This document shows, one piece after another, positions 62,250-64,000 of a stretch of 64,000 bases of DNA. This DNA is from Takakia lepidozioides. Taxonomy: Eukaryota > Plantae > Bryophyta. The stretch spans positions 83,142,001 through 83,206,000 of the forward strand of contig CM060731.1 in assembly GCA_030704615.1 (NCBI GenBank), given 5' to 3'. Every line of letters begins with the position of its first letter. Position 1 is the stretch's first letter. The translations under genes were made by a program, and so were the position numbers. The notes under the pieces are model-generated. The model did no database searches. It was not told where the DNA came from and saw nothing but the letters and a program-made list of their open reading frames with translations.

Positions 62250-62505
62250 CTTTTTCCATCCAACCTGGATGAAAAAAGGACTTCATCTGACAGGTCCTAA
62301 ACACAATTTTATAAAATAAAAATAAAATAAAAATAAAATAAAAAACCCGTGTTTTTCATCTAACCTAGATGAAATACGGACTACATCCATTGAAGTGCAA
62401 GACAAGATGAAAGCACAATGTCTTTCATCTTCCACGAATGAAAAACGGAGTACGTCCGTCGGGCGGACAACTGACGAATGTTTTTCATCCTGAGAAGGAT
62501 GAATG
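62250..62505. repeat. TTTTCATCC...GGATGAAAA short palindrome cluster
   Basis: TTTTTCCATCCAACCTGGATGAAAAAA, TTTCATCTAACCTAGATGAAA, TTCATCCTGAGAAGGATGAA. Confidence 0.55.
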
Positions 62506-64000
62506 CGGGCCAGACAGGGGAAAAACCCTTCGCATCCCTAATGTCTTTCTTTTTGCGCTGCGAAGCGCGCGCGCGATGGGCGCTTGTGAGGAGCGATGGT
62601 GCTCGTGCTGACAGATACCTTGAGCTGCCAATCCTTGAGTGTTTATGGCTCTTGTGAGCGACGCTTCGGCGGGCTCTTTAAGGTGATGGCGATGGCTTAG
62701 TGATGAGGGAAGATTCCCTGTCTCAGTTGTCTGTTTTTTTGCTGCCAAAGGGACCGCGGCAGTGATGGCGGAGGCACCACCTGCATGCATAGGATGTTTC
62801 CCTAGGAGCCCTCCTCTAGATCTTTGATGAATGGCGGCACAAAGGAGTTCTCTCCCTCCTTTATAAACCCTACCTTTTGAAACCAAGCTCTTTTCTTCTT
62901 GTGCTTGGCAAGACCTTGCTTTGGTTAAGGTAGTAGTGTTGTGGTGCTGGCGGAGTCCTCCCTGCACGGTTAGGCTTGTGGAGAGATGGCGACTCTCCCC
63001 CAAATAGTAAAAAATGTTCTTTTTCTGTTGGTTTTGCTTCTTTGCTTGCTTTGGCATTCTCTGCACTTAGATTGAAGTGTATTTGACCTCGATAGCAAGT
63101 GTGGAAGCCTGCTACTCACCTGTGCATCCTCACTAACTCACAATGCGTTGTGGTTGTTTTGGGACGGGCACAGGTAAGGGCTTCCACTTAATATTTTGAT
63201 GTCTAGGTGCTGCTGGATGCCAAGTGGGATTACAGAGCAGGGGAAGGAATCGTTTGCCAAGGACTCATCCTAAAATGTTGAAAAACTAAACTACTCTATG
63301 GTTTTTCTTGATCCTACCTCTTTCCTTCCTTGATTTTTGAAGAACAAGTGTAATGCTTTCTACGATGGGCTAGATCGGCCCAGCCAGCGGAAAACTTCTG
63401 TTATGATGTGACAGCCGGGTTTATGATGGCTTGTGTGAGAGACACACATCTGTTTTCCAGGCCCTAGGTTGCTTTGCTTACCTTATGGTAGTTGGAAACA
63501 AATTGAGAGGCTGCAAGGAACTGTTTGCTGCGGCTACTCGGGTACCTCTGTTGGTAAAAGGCCCCTGTTATGTTCCAACCCAGATGGCTTTGTTAGCTAG
63601 ATGCTTAGGCCACGGTATGGTGAAGTTTTTGCCTGTGGCTATTCGGCTGACACTGAAATATGACAGTAATATAAATGATAACTGGTTTTTGAGGCAGCCA
63701 GGGTGGTCAAGTGGAAATACCCCCTGGACATGGTGTAATGACATGGTCAAATGTGGAATGATGTGAAGGGTGTACTGACAGTATCATATACTGTCACATG
63801 ATGTGTATGCAGTCCTTTATATTTACCTTGTTGTGTCATGAGCTTTGATATTTAGCTGTAGCAAGAAATAAAGGTATAGGTGTGTTCTGGAAAACTTACC
63901 AGACATATCCACATCCCCTATGGGGGCAAGCTGTACTGCACACCAGTCTAAAACAAATACTGGCAAAGCAAGGTATTGAAACCTGTGATATCCAAGTGTT

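Overview
This is transposon-rich eukaryotic DNA, most likely from a streptophyte plant lineage. That inference rests on spliceosomal GT-AG introns, a plant trihelix TF fragment, plant-type hAT/MULE remnants, a tRNA-derived SINE and many premature TAG/TGA/TAA stops of the kind C>T decay produces. Two systems stand out. (1) Two ~11.7-kb copies of a Ty3/Gypsy-type retroelement (29011-40672 minus; 49989-61829 plus), each with TGTC...GACA ends and a 4-bp TSD. They encode Gag-protease-DNMT3-like C5 methyltransferase, then RT-RNaseH-DDE integrase-PHD. Their LTR is split: A...B in one copy and A...B-gc-A-B in the other. The PPT, PBS and junction sequences fit integration of a circular cDNA opened at an internal palindrome, GACA^GC^TGTC, and the PBS is self-complementary (Tf1-like). 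(2) A degenerate intron-containing gene (~15.0-20.2 kb) fusing a ParB/Srx-like domain (DGNHR) to a beta-class N4C/N6A methyltransferase. It is flanked by arrays of a 22-bp palindrome (GGAAATGCGGCACCGCATTTCC) spaced at near-integral helical turns, with single copies in three of its introns. It lies beside Ulp1-protease remnants, an intact orphan paralog pair and a GCM-MULE-SWIM transposase, an arrangement reminiscent of VANDAL-type MULEs. All domain calls come from motif recognition by eye; no searches were run.
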